This document shows, piece after piece, positions 34,254-43,626 of a DNA stretch of 55,275 nt. Source of the stretch: Candidatus Woesearchaeota archaeon (lineage in GTDB: Archaea > Nanobdellota > Nanobdellia > Woesearchaeales > DSVV01); NCBI GenBank assembly GCA_016935125.1, contig JAFGRM010000060.1:1-55275 (forward strand), in the 5' to 3' direction. The number at the start of each line of letters is the position of its first letter. The stretch's first letter is position 1. A program made the position numbers and the translations under genes. The notes under the pieces were generated by a model. That model was not told the origin of the DNA and did not search any database. It was given only the letters and a program-made list of their open reading frames with translations.

Positions 34254-36293
34254 ATGTGTGGCATATTCGGGTTAGTAATCAAGAGAGGGGCAAAAGTCAG
34301 AAAATATGCAATAGAAAATATGCTGATAAAGCTGTTTAAGTTATCAGAGTCTAGAGGGAAAGAAGCAGCAGGATTAGCAATAAGGATAGACAATAGGATA
34401 TATGTGTATAAGGTTCCTGTATCTGCGTCAACAATGCTCAGAACGTCACATTATAGGAGAACTATTTCTGAAATAATAAGCAAGTGTTATGGAAGAGATA
34501 CTAAAAAGACCCAGAAGCCGATTGTCATTATAGGACACTCTAGGCTTGTGACAAACGGCGTCCACACCGAAACTAATAACAACCAACCTATCATCAAAGG
34601 GAACTGTGTAGCTGTCCATAATGGCATAATTGTCAATGTCGATAAGCTTTACAGTAGATATAGGGACATTAAAAGAAAGTATAGTGTTGATACTGAAGTC
34701 ATGTTAGACATCCTTCAGAGATGCATGGCTACAAACAGTCAGATAGACAACTGTATAACAGATACTTTCAGGGAAATCGAAGGCTCAGTCTCAACAGGCA
34801 TCCTTTTCTCTAATCTGGACCTGCTCCTGCTTGCGACCAATACTGGCTCGTTATACTCCTGTTATAACAAAGAGGAAGGCATATTCTCATTTGCTTCAGA
34901 GAGATATATAATAGATAGCTTCATAAAGTATAGAACTGCCAGAATATATTTCCATAGTTCAACCCCTTCACAGATCAAACCAAAAAAAGGGTTAGTAATC
35001 AGCTGTGGTTTAAGGTACATAAATGAACTTGATTTCAGCAAAAAGAGCAGGCAGGAAAAGCACGAGCTAGGATTAGAATACATAAAAGGAGAGATTAAGG
35101 ACATCTCACCAAGAAAGGTTTCAAGACAGATAAAAGCTTCACTAGTTGACCCAAATATAAAATCAAGAGAGCACATCTCCCTCTTTGATGTTCCTTCATC
35201 AAAACTCAATATAAAAAGATGCACACGTTGCCTGCTCCCTGAAACCCATCCGGGAATAAGATTCGATGAAAATGGTGTGTGCAATCACTGCAAGAACTAT
35301 AAACCATTCAAAATCAAGGGCAGGGAAGAACTTGAAAAGCTAATCAATAAGTACAAAAGCAGAACAGGAAAACCTGACTGCATTGTTGCCTTTAGTGGAG
35401 GCAGAGACAGCACTTACGGCCTTCATTATATCAAGAAAGAACTTAATTTGAACCCCATCACATTTACATATGATTGGGGCATGGTAACAGACCTAGCAAG
35501 AAGAAATCAAGCAAGGATATGCGGCAAGCTAGGTGTCGAGCATATTCTTGTTTCTGCAAACATATCCAAAAAAAGGGAATACATAAAAAAGAATGTAGAG
35601 GCATGGCTAAAGAGACCTGATCTTGGGATGGTGCCTATCTTCATGGCAGGGGATAAGCAGTTCTTTTATTATGCTCATGAACTAAGAAAACAGACAGGTG
35701 TAAAGCTTGTCATCTTCTGCGCAGGAAGCGAATATGAGATTACACACTTCAAGCAGGGATTCTGCGGTTGCAGCAATTTTGTGGAGAAAACAATGACTGC
35801 CCTATCAATCAAGGACAAGATCAAGATACTGATGTATTATATCAAGCAATACATAACAAACCCTTCATACATCAATTCCTCGCTTCTTGATACACTTTTT
35901 GCATTCTACTCAACATACATACTAAAGGATGATTACATCTATCTTTTCAACTACATCCCATGGGATGAAAAGGAAATTGAAGCGACAATCAAAGATGAGT
36001 ACAACTGGGAGCTTGCAAACGACACAAAAACCTCATGGAGGATAGGTGATGGAACAGCGCCATTCTACAACTATATCTATTATACAGTAGCAGGATTTTC
36101 TGAATTTGATGTTATGAGAAGCAATCAGGTAAGGGCGGGGATACTGACCAGAGAAGAGGCTTTTAAGCTGCTTGATGATGATAACAAGCCACGGCTTGAA
36201 TCACTTCAGTGGTATGCCAACATTATAGGTTTTGACCTAAAAAAGGCCATAAACATAATCAATTCTATACCTAAACTTTATGAGAAGAAATGA
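34254..36293 (+). CDS. fusion protein: class II (Ntn) glutamine amidotransferase domain + PP-loop N-acetyl-sugar amidotransferase (WbuX/WbpG-like)
   Basis: MCGIFG (Cys nucleophile, so the ATG at 34254 is needed rather than the TTG at 34245), GHSRLVTNG, VHNGII.N and SVDTEV. The C-terminal half has CTRCLLPETHPGIRFDENGVCNHC and the AFSGGRDS PP-loop. Confidence 0.75.
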   Translation: MCGIFGLVIKRGAKVRKYAIENMLIKLFKLSESRGKEAAGLAIRIDNRIYVYKVPVSASTMLRTSHYRRTISEIISKCYGRDTKKTQKPIVIIGHSRLVTNGVHTETNNNQPIIKGNCVAVHNGIIVNVDKLYSRYRDIKRKYSVDTEVMLDILQRCMATNSQIDNCITDTFREIEGSVSTGILFSNLDLLLLATNTGSLYSCYNKEEGIFSFASERYIIDSFIKYRTARIYFHSSTPSQIKPKKGLVISCGLRYINELDFSKKSRQEKHELGLEYIKGEIKDISPRKVSRQIKASLVDPNIKSREHISLFDVPSSKLNIKRCTRCLLPETHPGIRFDENGVCNHCKNYKPFKIKGREELEKLINKYKSRTGKPDCIVAFSGGRDSTYGLHYIKKELNLNPITFTYDWGMVTDLARRNQARICGKLGVEHILVSANISKKREYIKKNVEAWLKRPDLGMVPIFMAGDKQFFYYAHELRKQTGVKLVIFCAGSEYEITHFKQGFCGCSNFVEKTMTALSIKDKIKILMYYIKQYITNPSYINSSLLDTLFAFYSTYILKDDYIYLFNYIPWDEKEIEATIKDEYNWELANDTKTSWRIGDGTAPFYNYIYYTVAGFSEFDVMRSNQVRAGILTREEAFKLLDDDNKPRLESLQWYANIIGFDLKKAINIINSIPKLYEKK

Positions 36294-36388
36294 CCACTGC
36301 CAAGAATTTTTAGGTTAAGCCTACTGACAGAGCAATGCCTGTGGAAGTATTCAATCTAGCTGAGACCACTTCCTGATTATGCAACACC

Positions 36389-37330
36389 TTATTTTTTTAT
36401 AAGATATAACACAGCACCTGGCAGTGCATATATCCACATTGTAACAAGGATAAGCAAAAAAGATAGTGCAACAGCAGACTCTGATGAAACACCAACCAGC
36501 CCTAACAAAAGTATGCACGACGCCTGGATAGTGCCAAAACCGGATATGGAGATAGGGATAAGATTTACCAGTATCATCACAGGGAACACTAATGCTAAGA
36601 AAGCAAATGCAATATCAATTTTCAATGCTTTTGCAAGTATATACACACTGATTACATTAAATAACCAAACAAAGAGTGTAAAAATAAAGCAGATAATATA
36701 TGTCCTTAAGCTGATTTTTCTGACACCTTTATAGAACTCCTTAAATTCAAACTTCAGTTTCTCCTTTAGCCTCTTTGGTATAAATATATTTGCCAGCGGC
36801 CGCAACAACTTCCCCATGTGTCTCTCATTCAGAAATACTATCATACATACTATCACAACTGCAGAAAACAAGAATACTAACCACAGAGGAATCTTTATCA
36901 GGAAAAGGTTTATTAGGATAAGTGAACAGACAGACCCAAGAAATAGTAGAGTAAATGCATCCAGCATCCTGTCGACTATCACAGTTGACAACGTAAAACC
37001 TGCACTCCTGTCTGTCTTCTCCATGAGATATTTTGTCCTGTACAGTTCGCCTAGCTTACCAGGCGTCACAACCCCAAGGGTAATCCCCTTGACAAGGCTC
37101 TTCAGTGATTCCAAATATGAAAAATTAATTCCAAGTGACCTTATTAAAGTATACCAGCGGAGATTCATTATAAATATAATCGATAAAGAGACCACTGTTG
37201 CGAGAACAGCAAGGAGTATATTTGTTGACTTTAATATCACAAGCATCTTGCGCAGGTCTATCTGATAAAGGATATAGACAAATAACAGAATGCCTATTAC
37301 TGGCGTAAGTTTCTTTATTTTCTGCTTCAT
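36389..37330 (-). CDS. MprF-flippase-like (UPF0104 / LPG_synthase_TM) membrane protein, second copy
   Basis: About 8 TM segments and NLIPISISGFGTIQAS near the C-terminus. 37348 is GTG; the first ATG is at 37330. Confidence 0.6.
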   Translation of the reverse strand: MKQKIKKLTPVIGILLFVYILYQIDLRKMLVILKSTNILLAVLATVVSLSIIFIMNLRWYTLIRSLGINFSYLESLKSLVKGITLGVVTPGKLGELYRTKYLMEKTDRSAGFTLSTVIVDRMLDAFTLLFLGSVCSLILINLFLIKIPLWLVFLFSAVVIVCMIVFLNERHMGKLLRPLANIFIPKRLKEKLKFEFKEFYKGVRKISLRTYIICFIFTLFVWLFNVISVYILAKALKIDIAFAFLALVFPVMILVNLIPISISGFGTIQASCILLLGLVGVSSESAVALSFLLILVTMWIYALPGAVLYLIKK

Positions 37331-37530
37331 TTTTGTATATCCCAGCACCCCGCCTGTAAAAGTATTGGTTTTTATATCCCTTCATATCCTATAATGCAAA
37401 AAGTTAATCAGCGCATTATTTATAGAAGTATCTATAAAATTACTATTTATAAAAGTATTGAATTAAAAAGATGCCGATTACACATGAAAAATTCATAATA
37501 TTCTTAAACATCTGAACAACAATATGGAAA

Positions 37531-39078
37531 ATGGAATGTTCAATCAATGGATACAACAAGGTTGACATAGTAATAATGCTGCTGTTCTTGATTGTTCCGT
37601 TTATATTACTGATACCCTATATTAATGTACCGCTGCTTGATGATGGAGTATATTATACAGAGATATCAGAAAAGATCTCTAAGAACTGGCCTGACCTTAC
37701 AGGAAAGGCGACTGATGGCGCAACTATTGTATTTGATCTTCCGCCAATCTTCCCGTTGATGGGAGCGTTTTTCGTAGCATTGTCTGATAATCCTCTGACT
37801 GCTATGAGAATGATGAACGCGATGATGCTCGGCATAACCCTTTTCATGGTCTTCATAATTTCAAGAAGGTTAGGGATAAGCAGGAAGCTATCTATTTGTG
37901 CCCCTCTTCTTATGCTTACAAATCCTTTCTTCTTCCAGTTTACATCAGGGCTTTTTGTGCTTACTGAATCAACATCAATGGTGTTTTTACTTTTGGGTAT
38001 ACATGCATTCTTCTTTGGCAAGCCAAAATACAAACACATCACATCTTCTGTATTTTTTGTCCTTGCTGTTTTCACTAGGTACATGTCCATTTTTATCATT
38101 GCACCATTCCTCCTTTATTATCTGATCAAACTGTTCAAGGAAAAAAAGAAGACAAGAAGCGTTGTTTTCATGCTGATAATAGTGATACCTATAATCTTCT
38201 GGGTAGCCATGGCTGCCATATATGGCTCTCCTGAAGAAAGAAAATATAATATCAACGATGAAAAGATATCCATAAGCAAAATCATAATGGAGTTTCCAAG
38301 AACATTCATGATAAACACAATAATCACCCCTCTTCTGACATTCCTATTCATCAATCTGTTCATTATTCCCAAAATATACCTATCTATACTAAGGGCATTA
38401 AAAAGAACAAAACCTTATAAAAAACTCAACTGGCTCTTTGAGGATAATGTAAAAGACAAGTACTCAATCATCATCTTGCTCGTCATCGCATTATACTCTT
38501 TGTCGACATCACTTGCCATGTTCTTAATAACAACAACAAAAGTTGAATACAGTCTTGTATACATCATATCCAGGACAAGATTCTTTATAGTTGCAATGCC
38601 ACTCATAATAATTCTTGGGATGATATTCATGAGATATGACCTAAGGACAAGAAAGCTTAAGCTGTTTTTTAATGCGGCGCTTGTCACATCTCTGGCACTT
38701 AGCACTATAATATGCATAACTCTTAATTCTGGATATGTTCAGGACAGGTTGGATGGTCTTTCTTATATTGAAAATACGTATGTAAAAAGGAACTACCACA
38801 GGACACAGGCTCTTGAATGGTTTGATAACAAACTCGAGAACAAGAGGGTAGGCATCTTCTTCATGGAACCAGTACAGGGTGACAGCGGTATAAATATCTT
38901 TTCAGAACACTACCTAAAAAAGAACAGTGTCTCAAAGACAGGGTTGGAATATGTCATCACAGATGAGTTTTTCTTGACTGAAAAAGGTGTCATAGAGATG
39001 TGTGGAAACAAAGATTATAGCCTTATCTACAGCACAGAAAGTCCTGCTGCATATGTCTTTAACTGCATAAATGGATGA
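37531..39078 (+). CDS. GT-C fold glycosyltransferase (ArnT/PMT-like), second copy
   Basis: 515 aa, multi-TM. The first loop has LLDDGVYYTEISEKI (DD-x-x-Y). No WWDYG-type OST motif was seen. Confidence 0.55.
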   Translation: MECSINGYNKVDIVIMLLFLIVPFILLIPYINVPLLDDGVYYTEISEKISKNWPDLTGKATDGATIVFDLPPIFPLMGAFFVALSDNPLTAMRMMNAMMLGITLFMVFIISRRLGISRKLSICAPLLMLTNPFFFQFTSGLFVLTESTSMVFLLLGIHAFFFGKPKYKHITSSVFFVLAVFTRYMSIFIIAPFLLYYLIKLFKEKKKTRSVVFMLIIVIPIIFWVAMAAIYGSPEERKYNINDEKISISKIIMEFPRTFMINTIITPLLTFLFINLFIIPKIYLSILRALKRTKPYKKLNWLFEDNVKDKYSIIILLVIALYSLSTSLAMFLITTTKVEYSLVYIISRTRFFIVAMPLIIILGMIFMRYDLRTRKLKLFFNAALVTSLALSTIICITLNSGYVQDRLDGLSYIENTYVKRNYHRTQALEWFDNKLENKRVGIFFMEPVQGDSGINIFSEHYLKKNSVSKTGLEYVITDEFFLTEKGVIEMCGNKDYSLIYSTESPAAYVFNCING

Positions 39079-39157
39079 CATAGGAATTAGAATAGAAATT
39101 CTTGATGAACTAATGAGTTCAGAAACTATTTAAATATGAAAACAAAAAAAGGAAACA

Positions 39158-40669
39158 ATGGCAGATGAAAAAGAGATAATACACGACACGATCACATTTT
39201 CCATATTAAAGTACATATCGTTCTCTCTTGTTATTGTTTCAACAGCTGTGCTTCTAAAACTGCTGCCAGTCTCTGTTTTTGGAATCTATTCAGCATTGAT
39301 GCTTCTGCTCGACTACAGCAGATTTGGTTTTCTTATACCTTACTCTGCAAGCTTCAAGAAAATCCCTTTCTTAAGGGGAAAAAACAGCAGTGAAAAAGAG
39401 ATACAGGAGGTGAGGGATCTCTCATTCGGACCCACTTTCTACATAATGCTTATAGGCACCATAGCAATCTTTACAGGCACATACTTTACCAGCCAGTTCA
39501 GCTATGAGCTGGTGCTTGGAATAAGGCTCACAGCACTCCTGGTAATGCTGCAGCATTTCAACTTCTTCCAGACCAATTTTCTTAGGACTGACAAAAGATT
39601 CAACCTTGTCGGTGTGCTTGAACTAGTCCTTGTTGCAACAAGACTTGTCCTGATATTTGCCCTTGTAGGCAAGTACGGACTGAATGGTACCTTGGTTGCC
39701 TTCATAATCTCATATGCTATCACTATCGCTCTGGGCATATATCTAGCAAGATATAGATTCAGTTTCAGCCTCAGAACATTTAATAGGAAAGCATGGAAAC
39801 TGTTCTTGTTCGGGCTGCCTCCTGCACTTGTAGGAATCATCGCAACAGCCTTTGTGACAGTGGATAAGTTAATGGTCATACGGTTTCTCGACACCACTAT
39901 GCTTGGTTACTATTCATTTGCCATACTTGTCGTAGAAGTCATATCATTCGTCCCTAACATAATAGCAACTGTCATGCTTCCTAGACAACTGGAAAAACAC
40001 GGCCAGAAAATGAATACAAAAACAAGGCTGAACTACCTTGTGATGCCACAACAGATAATATCATATCTAATACCATTTGTAATAGCGGCAGCATTCATAT
40101 TTTCTGAACTGATAACATTATTTTTCTTTCCGAAATATCTTAACGCGCTACCTGTCATATACATACTGATTTTCGCGTCATTCTTCCTATCAAATAGCTA
40201 TTCAATTGCAAACTACCTATTATCTGTAGACAAAGAGAAGCATATCATAATTGGGAGAAGCATACTGATATTATTCGCAATAATCTCAAACTATACTGCC
40301 ATTGTTCTGGGATATGGAATATGCGGAGTTGCAATAGCAACATTAATCTCTTATATCCTAGAATTCCTGTACCTTTGCATAGTGTCTTTGAAAGCTGTAA
40401 AGGCTAGCGGAAAGACAAGAACCAAATACCTCATAAGATTCATCTTCCCTTTCATCTATATGAGTATCTTGCTTTATTTATCATCTTTGTTCCAGCATGA
40501 AACCGTGAAAAATATTGCATCTGTCCTAGTCCAGACATGTAAGTATGCAGGTTTTGTAATCATCTACGTGCCATTGCTATTCTATCTGGAAAAGAACACA
40601 GGTTTCATCTCTACGATGTATGAATACACGAAAACAGCAATCAAAAAATTGACATGCAATTTCAGGTAG
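39158..40669 (+). CDS. Wzx-type oligosaccharide flippase (MOP superfamily polysaccharide biosynthesis protein)
   Basis: 503 aa with about 12-14 TM segments in the typical Polysacc_synt layout. A TATA-like ATTTAAAT lies 23-30 nt upstream. Confidence 0.65.
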   Translation: MADEKEIIHDTITFSILKYISFSLVIVSTAVLLKLLPVSVFGIYSALMLLLDYSRFGFLIPYSASFKKIPFLRGKNSSEKEIQEVRDLSFGPTFYIMLIGTIAIFTGTYFTSQFSYELVLGIRLTALLVMLQHFNFFQTNFLRTDKRFNLVGVLELVLVATRLVLIFALVGKYGLNGTLVAFIISYAITIALGIYLARYRFSFSLRTFNRKAWKLFLFGLPPALVGIIATAFVTVDKLMVIRFLDTTMLGYYSFAILVVEVISFVPNIIATVMLPRQLEKHGQKMNTKTRLNYLVMPQQIISYLIPFVIAAAFIFSELITLFFFPKYLNALPVIYILIFASFFLSNSYSIANYLLSVDKEKHIIIGRSILILFAIISNYTAIVLGYGICGVAIATLISYILEFLYLCIVSLKAVKASGKTRTKYLIRFIFPFIYMSILLYLSSLFQHETVKNIASVLVQTCKYAGFVIIYVPLLFYLEKNTGFISTMYEYTKTAIKKLTCNFR

Positions 40670-40683
40670 ATGGATTCATCAAC

Positions 40684-40691
40684 TTTATAAA
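40684..40691 (+). promoter_or_regulatory. TATA box (TTTATAAA) for the nonulosonate operon
   Basis: Exact octamer 27 nt upstream of the ATG at 40718. Confidence 0.5.
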
Positions 40692-40717
40692 GAAACTTGT
40701 ATTTCATAGGTATAATA

Positions 40718-41437
40718 ATGTACAAAAATATCAGGGTACTGGCAGTTGTGCCTGCAAGAGGAGGAAGCAAGGGCATTCCAAAGAAGAATATAATAGAATT
40801 AAACGGAAAACCACTTATTGCATGGACAATTGAAGCAGGAAAGCAAACAACATATATAGACAGGATGATTGTTTCAACTGACAGCAAAGAGATAGCAGAG
40901 GTCGCAAAAAGGTTTAAAGCAGATGTACCTTTCATCAGGCCGGATTATCTCTCAAGTGATACAGCTAGTTCTGTAGATGTGCTCCTCCATGCTATTGATT
41001 ATCTTGAAGAGAAAGGAGAAATTTATGATTACATAATGCTACTTGAACCAACATCCCCACTGAGAACAACAGAAGATATCGAGAAAAGCATAGAGATGCT
41101 TGAGTCAAACACCGATGCCGAATCTATAGTTGGCGTAGCAAAGGCAGAATCTTCGCACCCATTATTCAGCGTTACTATCACAGACAGCGGTTTCATAAGG
41201 CCGTTTTCAGGAGAAGAGCTTAAGCACATAAGGAGACAGGATATCAAGGATGTATATTTTCTGGAAGGGACCATATATACCTCAAAGATAGATGCCCTGA
41301 GAAAAAGAAAGACATTTTATCATGAAAGGACATTGCCTTACATAGTTGAAAGGTATAAACAGTTTGAAGTGGATGAGGAAACAGATCTTGTATGTATAGA
41401 AGCCCTGATGAGATACAAGAAGGACGTCTACAGATAA
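40718..41437 (+). CDS. CMP-nonulosonate synthetase (acylneuraminate cytidylyltransferase family)
   Basis: LAVVPARGGSKGIPKKN and LLEPTSPLR. 40697 is TTG; ATG at 40718. Confidence 0.8.
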   Translation: MYKNIRVLAVVPARGGSKGIPKKNIIELNGKPLIAWTIEAGKQTTYIDRMIVSTDSKEIAEVAKRFKADVPFIRPDYLSSDTASSVDVLLHAIDYLEEKGEIYDYIMLLEPTSPLRTTEDIEKSIEMLESNTDAESIVGVAKAESSHPLFSVTITDSGFIRPFSGEELKHIRRQDIKDVYFLEGTIYTSKIDALRKRKTFYHERTLPYIVERYKQFEVDEETDLVCIEALMRYKKDVYR

Positions 41438-41497
41438 GAGCATTTATGGAAAAGCAAGAGGTTCTCTAATGCTGACATCAAAGGAAGGATGAAAAGA

Positions 41498-42817
41498 ATG
41501 GAAAAGAACAAAGGAGAAGAACTATGGAAAGAAGCAAAGAAGCTTATCCCAGGTGGTTCACAGCTGTTATCAAAACGTGCTGAGCTGTTCTTGCCTGAGC
41601 ACTGGCCTGCATATTACAGCAAGGCAAAAGGCGTGGATGTCTGGGACATCGATGGCAAGAAATATATTGACATGAGCATAATGGGGGTTGGGGCATGTAT
41701 TTTAGGATACGCTGACAAGGATGTCAACGAAGCTGTAAAAAAAGCTGTAGACAACGGCTCGATGTGCACGCTGAACTGCCCTGAAGAGGTCGAACTTGCA
41801 AAGCTACTCTTGGAACTCCATCCCTGGGCTGGCATGGTAAGGTACGCAAAGGCCGGCGGAGAGGCGATGTCGGTCGCCGTCAGGATTGCAAGAGCATATT
41901 CAAAAAAGGACAAGATAGCGTTCTGCGGATACCATGGTTGGAACGACTGGTACCTTGCAGCAAATCTTGCAGATGACAAGAATCTTGATGGCCATCTTAT
42001 ACCTGGCCTGGCGCCGACCGGCGTGCCAAGATGTCTTAAGGGCACAGCCATCCCTTTCGAGTACAATGACATCGACACGCTCAGGAAGATTATCAAGCAG
42101 AACTATGGTGAGATAGGCGTCATCGTGCTCGAGCCGATAAGACACCAAAAACATAAAGACAACTTCATAAAAAAAGTTGCAGAAATCGCAAAAGAGATTA
42201 GCGCGGTCTTAATCTTTGATGAGATCACGACAGGCTGGCGCCTTAACCCAGGCGGAGCCTACAAAGAGCACAATGTCAACCCGGACATTGTTGTGTACGG
42301 CAAAGCAATGGCAAACGGGCTGCCAATATCAGCGATAGTCGGCAAAAAGGATATTATGGATGCAGCACAGACAAGCTTTATCAGCAGCACATTCTGGACA
42401 GAAAGGACAGGAACCGCAGCAGCAATAGTTACAATAAAGAAAATTATCAGTCATAATGTGCCCGAGCACCTGATAAGGATAGGAAAGCTTGCAAAAAAAG
42501 GATGGGCAGAACTTGCCAAGAAGCACGGGCTCAAGCTGGAAGTGATGGGTATCGACCCGCTAGCAACCTTCCATTTAGAGTATGGAGAAGATTCCCAACT
42601 ACTGCATACCTTGTTTACACAGGAGATGCTCAAAAGAGGATATCTGGCATCGAAGCAGTTTTATGTATCATACAGCCATAATGAGAAGATAGTCAGCAGC
42701 TATCTTGAAAAGGTAGACGAGGTCTTAGGCATAATAAAAGCTGCGTTAGAGAAGGGGAATGCCAAAGACCTGCTGGAAGGGCCAGTTGCCCACACTAAAT
42801 TCAAACGTCTAAACTGA
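41498..42817 (+). CDS. class III PLP aminotransferase (glutamate-1-semialdehyde aminomutase-like)
   Basis: LIPGGSQLLSKR, VLIFDEITTGWR and VYGKAMANG (PLP Lys). ATG at 41498, or at 41489. Confidence 0.7.
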   Translation: MEKNKGEELWKEAKKLIPGGSQLLSKRAELFLPEHWPAYYSKAKGVDVWDIDGKKYIDMSIMGVGACILGYADKDVNEAVKKAVDNGSMCTLNCPEEVELAKLLLELHPWAGMVRYAKAGGEAMSVAVRIARAYSKKDKIAFCGYHGWNDWYLAANLADDKNLDGHLIPGLAPTGVPRCLKGTAIPFEYNDIDTLRKIIKQNYGEIGVIVLEPIRHQKHKDNFIKKVAEIAKEISAVLIFDEITTGWRLNPGGAYKEHNVNPDIVVYGKAMANGLPISAIVGKKDIMDAAQTSFISSTFWTERTGTAAAIVTIKKIISHNVPEHLIRIGKLAKKGWAELAKKHGLKLEVMGIDPLATFHLEYGEDSQLLHTLFTQEMLKRGYLASKQFYVSYSHNEKIVSSYLEKVDEVLGIIKAALEKGNAKDLLEGPVAHTKFKRLN

Positions 42818-42830
42818 CAAGGTGTCCAAT

Positions 42831-43616
42831 ATGAAAGACCATAACCTGAATGATAAGGTCATTGTTATCACAGGCGGGGCCGGGCTAATCGGCAGGGCAT
42901 TTGTCCAAGGCTGCGCAGAAAAGGGCGCCAGGGTGATAATTGCAGACGTGGATGAGAAGGAAGGCCAGCGTCTCGTTAAAGATGTCAAGGGTAAAACAGG
43001 GAACAATGAAATCATATTCATCAGGTGCGATATCAACAATAAGGACAACATAGACGGCCTTATTAAGGCAGTCATCATGAAGTATGGTGTCATCGATGCG
43101 CTTGTCAACAACGCTTATCCGAGAAACAGGAACTACGGCAAGAGATTCGAGGACGTCAGGTATGAAGACTTCTGTGAAAATATCAACATAAACCTGGGCG
43201 GGCTCTTCCTTGTAACAAAAGAGATTGCAGATGTAATGAAAAAGCAGAAGAAAGGGAACATAATCAACATCGCCTCCATATACGGCGTTTTTGCACCGGA
43301 CTTTGAAGTGTACAAAGGGACAAAGATGACCATGCCGATAGAATATTCTGCAATAAAAGGGGCTGTTGTCAACATGACAAGATATCTTGCCTCATACCTC
43401 GGCAAGTACAATATAAGGGTCAATGCAATATCGCCCGGTGGAGTCTTCAATAACCAACCGCCCGGATTTGTCAAGCGGTACTCCAAAAAGGTTGTCCTTG
43501 GGAATAGGATGGCCGGTACTGATGATATATGTGGTGTCCTTGCGTTCCTGCTTTCAGACCAAGCAGGATATATTACTGGGCAGAACATAATAGTGGATGG
43601 CGGCTGGAGCCTCTGA
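42831..43616 (+). CDS. classical short-chain dehydrogenase/reductase
   Basis: VIVITGGAGLIGRAF, NNAY, YSAIKGAV (YxxxK) and ITGQNIIVDGGWS. AAGGTG lies 6 nt before the ATG at 42831. Confidence 0.75.
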   Translation: MKDHNLNDKVIVITGGAGLIGRAFVQGCAEKGARVIIADVDEKEGQRLVKDVKGKTGNNEIIFIRCDINNKDNIDGLIKAVIMKYGVIDALVNNAYPRNRNYGKRFEDVRYEDFCENININLGGLFLVTKEIADVMKKQKKGNIINIASIYGVFAPDFEVYKGTKMTMPIEYSAIKGAVVNMTRYLASYLGKYNIRVNAISPGGVFNNQPPGFVKRYSKKVVLGNRMAGTDDICGVLAFLLSDQAGYITGQNIIVDGGWSL

Positions 43617-43626
43617 TACACTTAAA

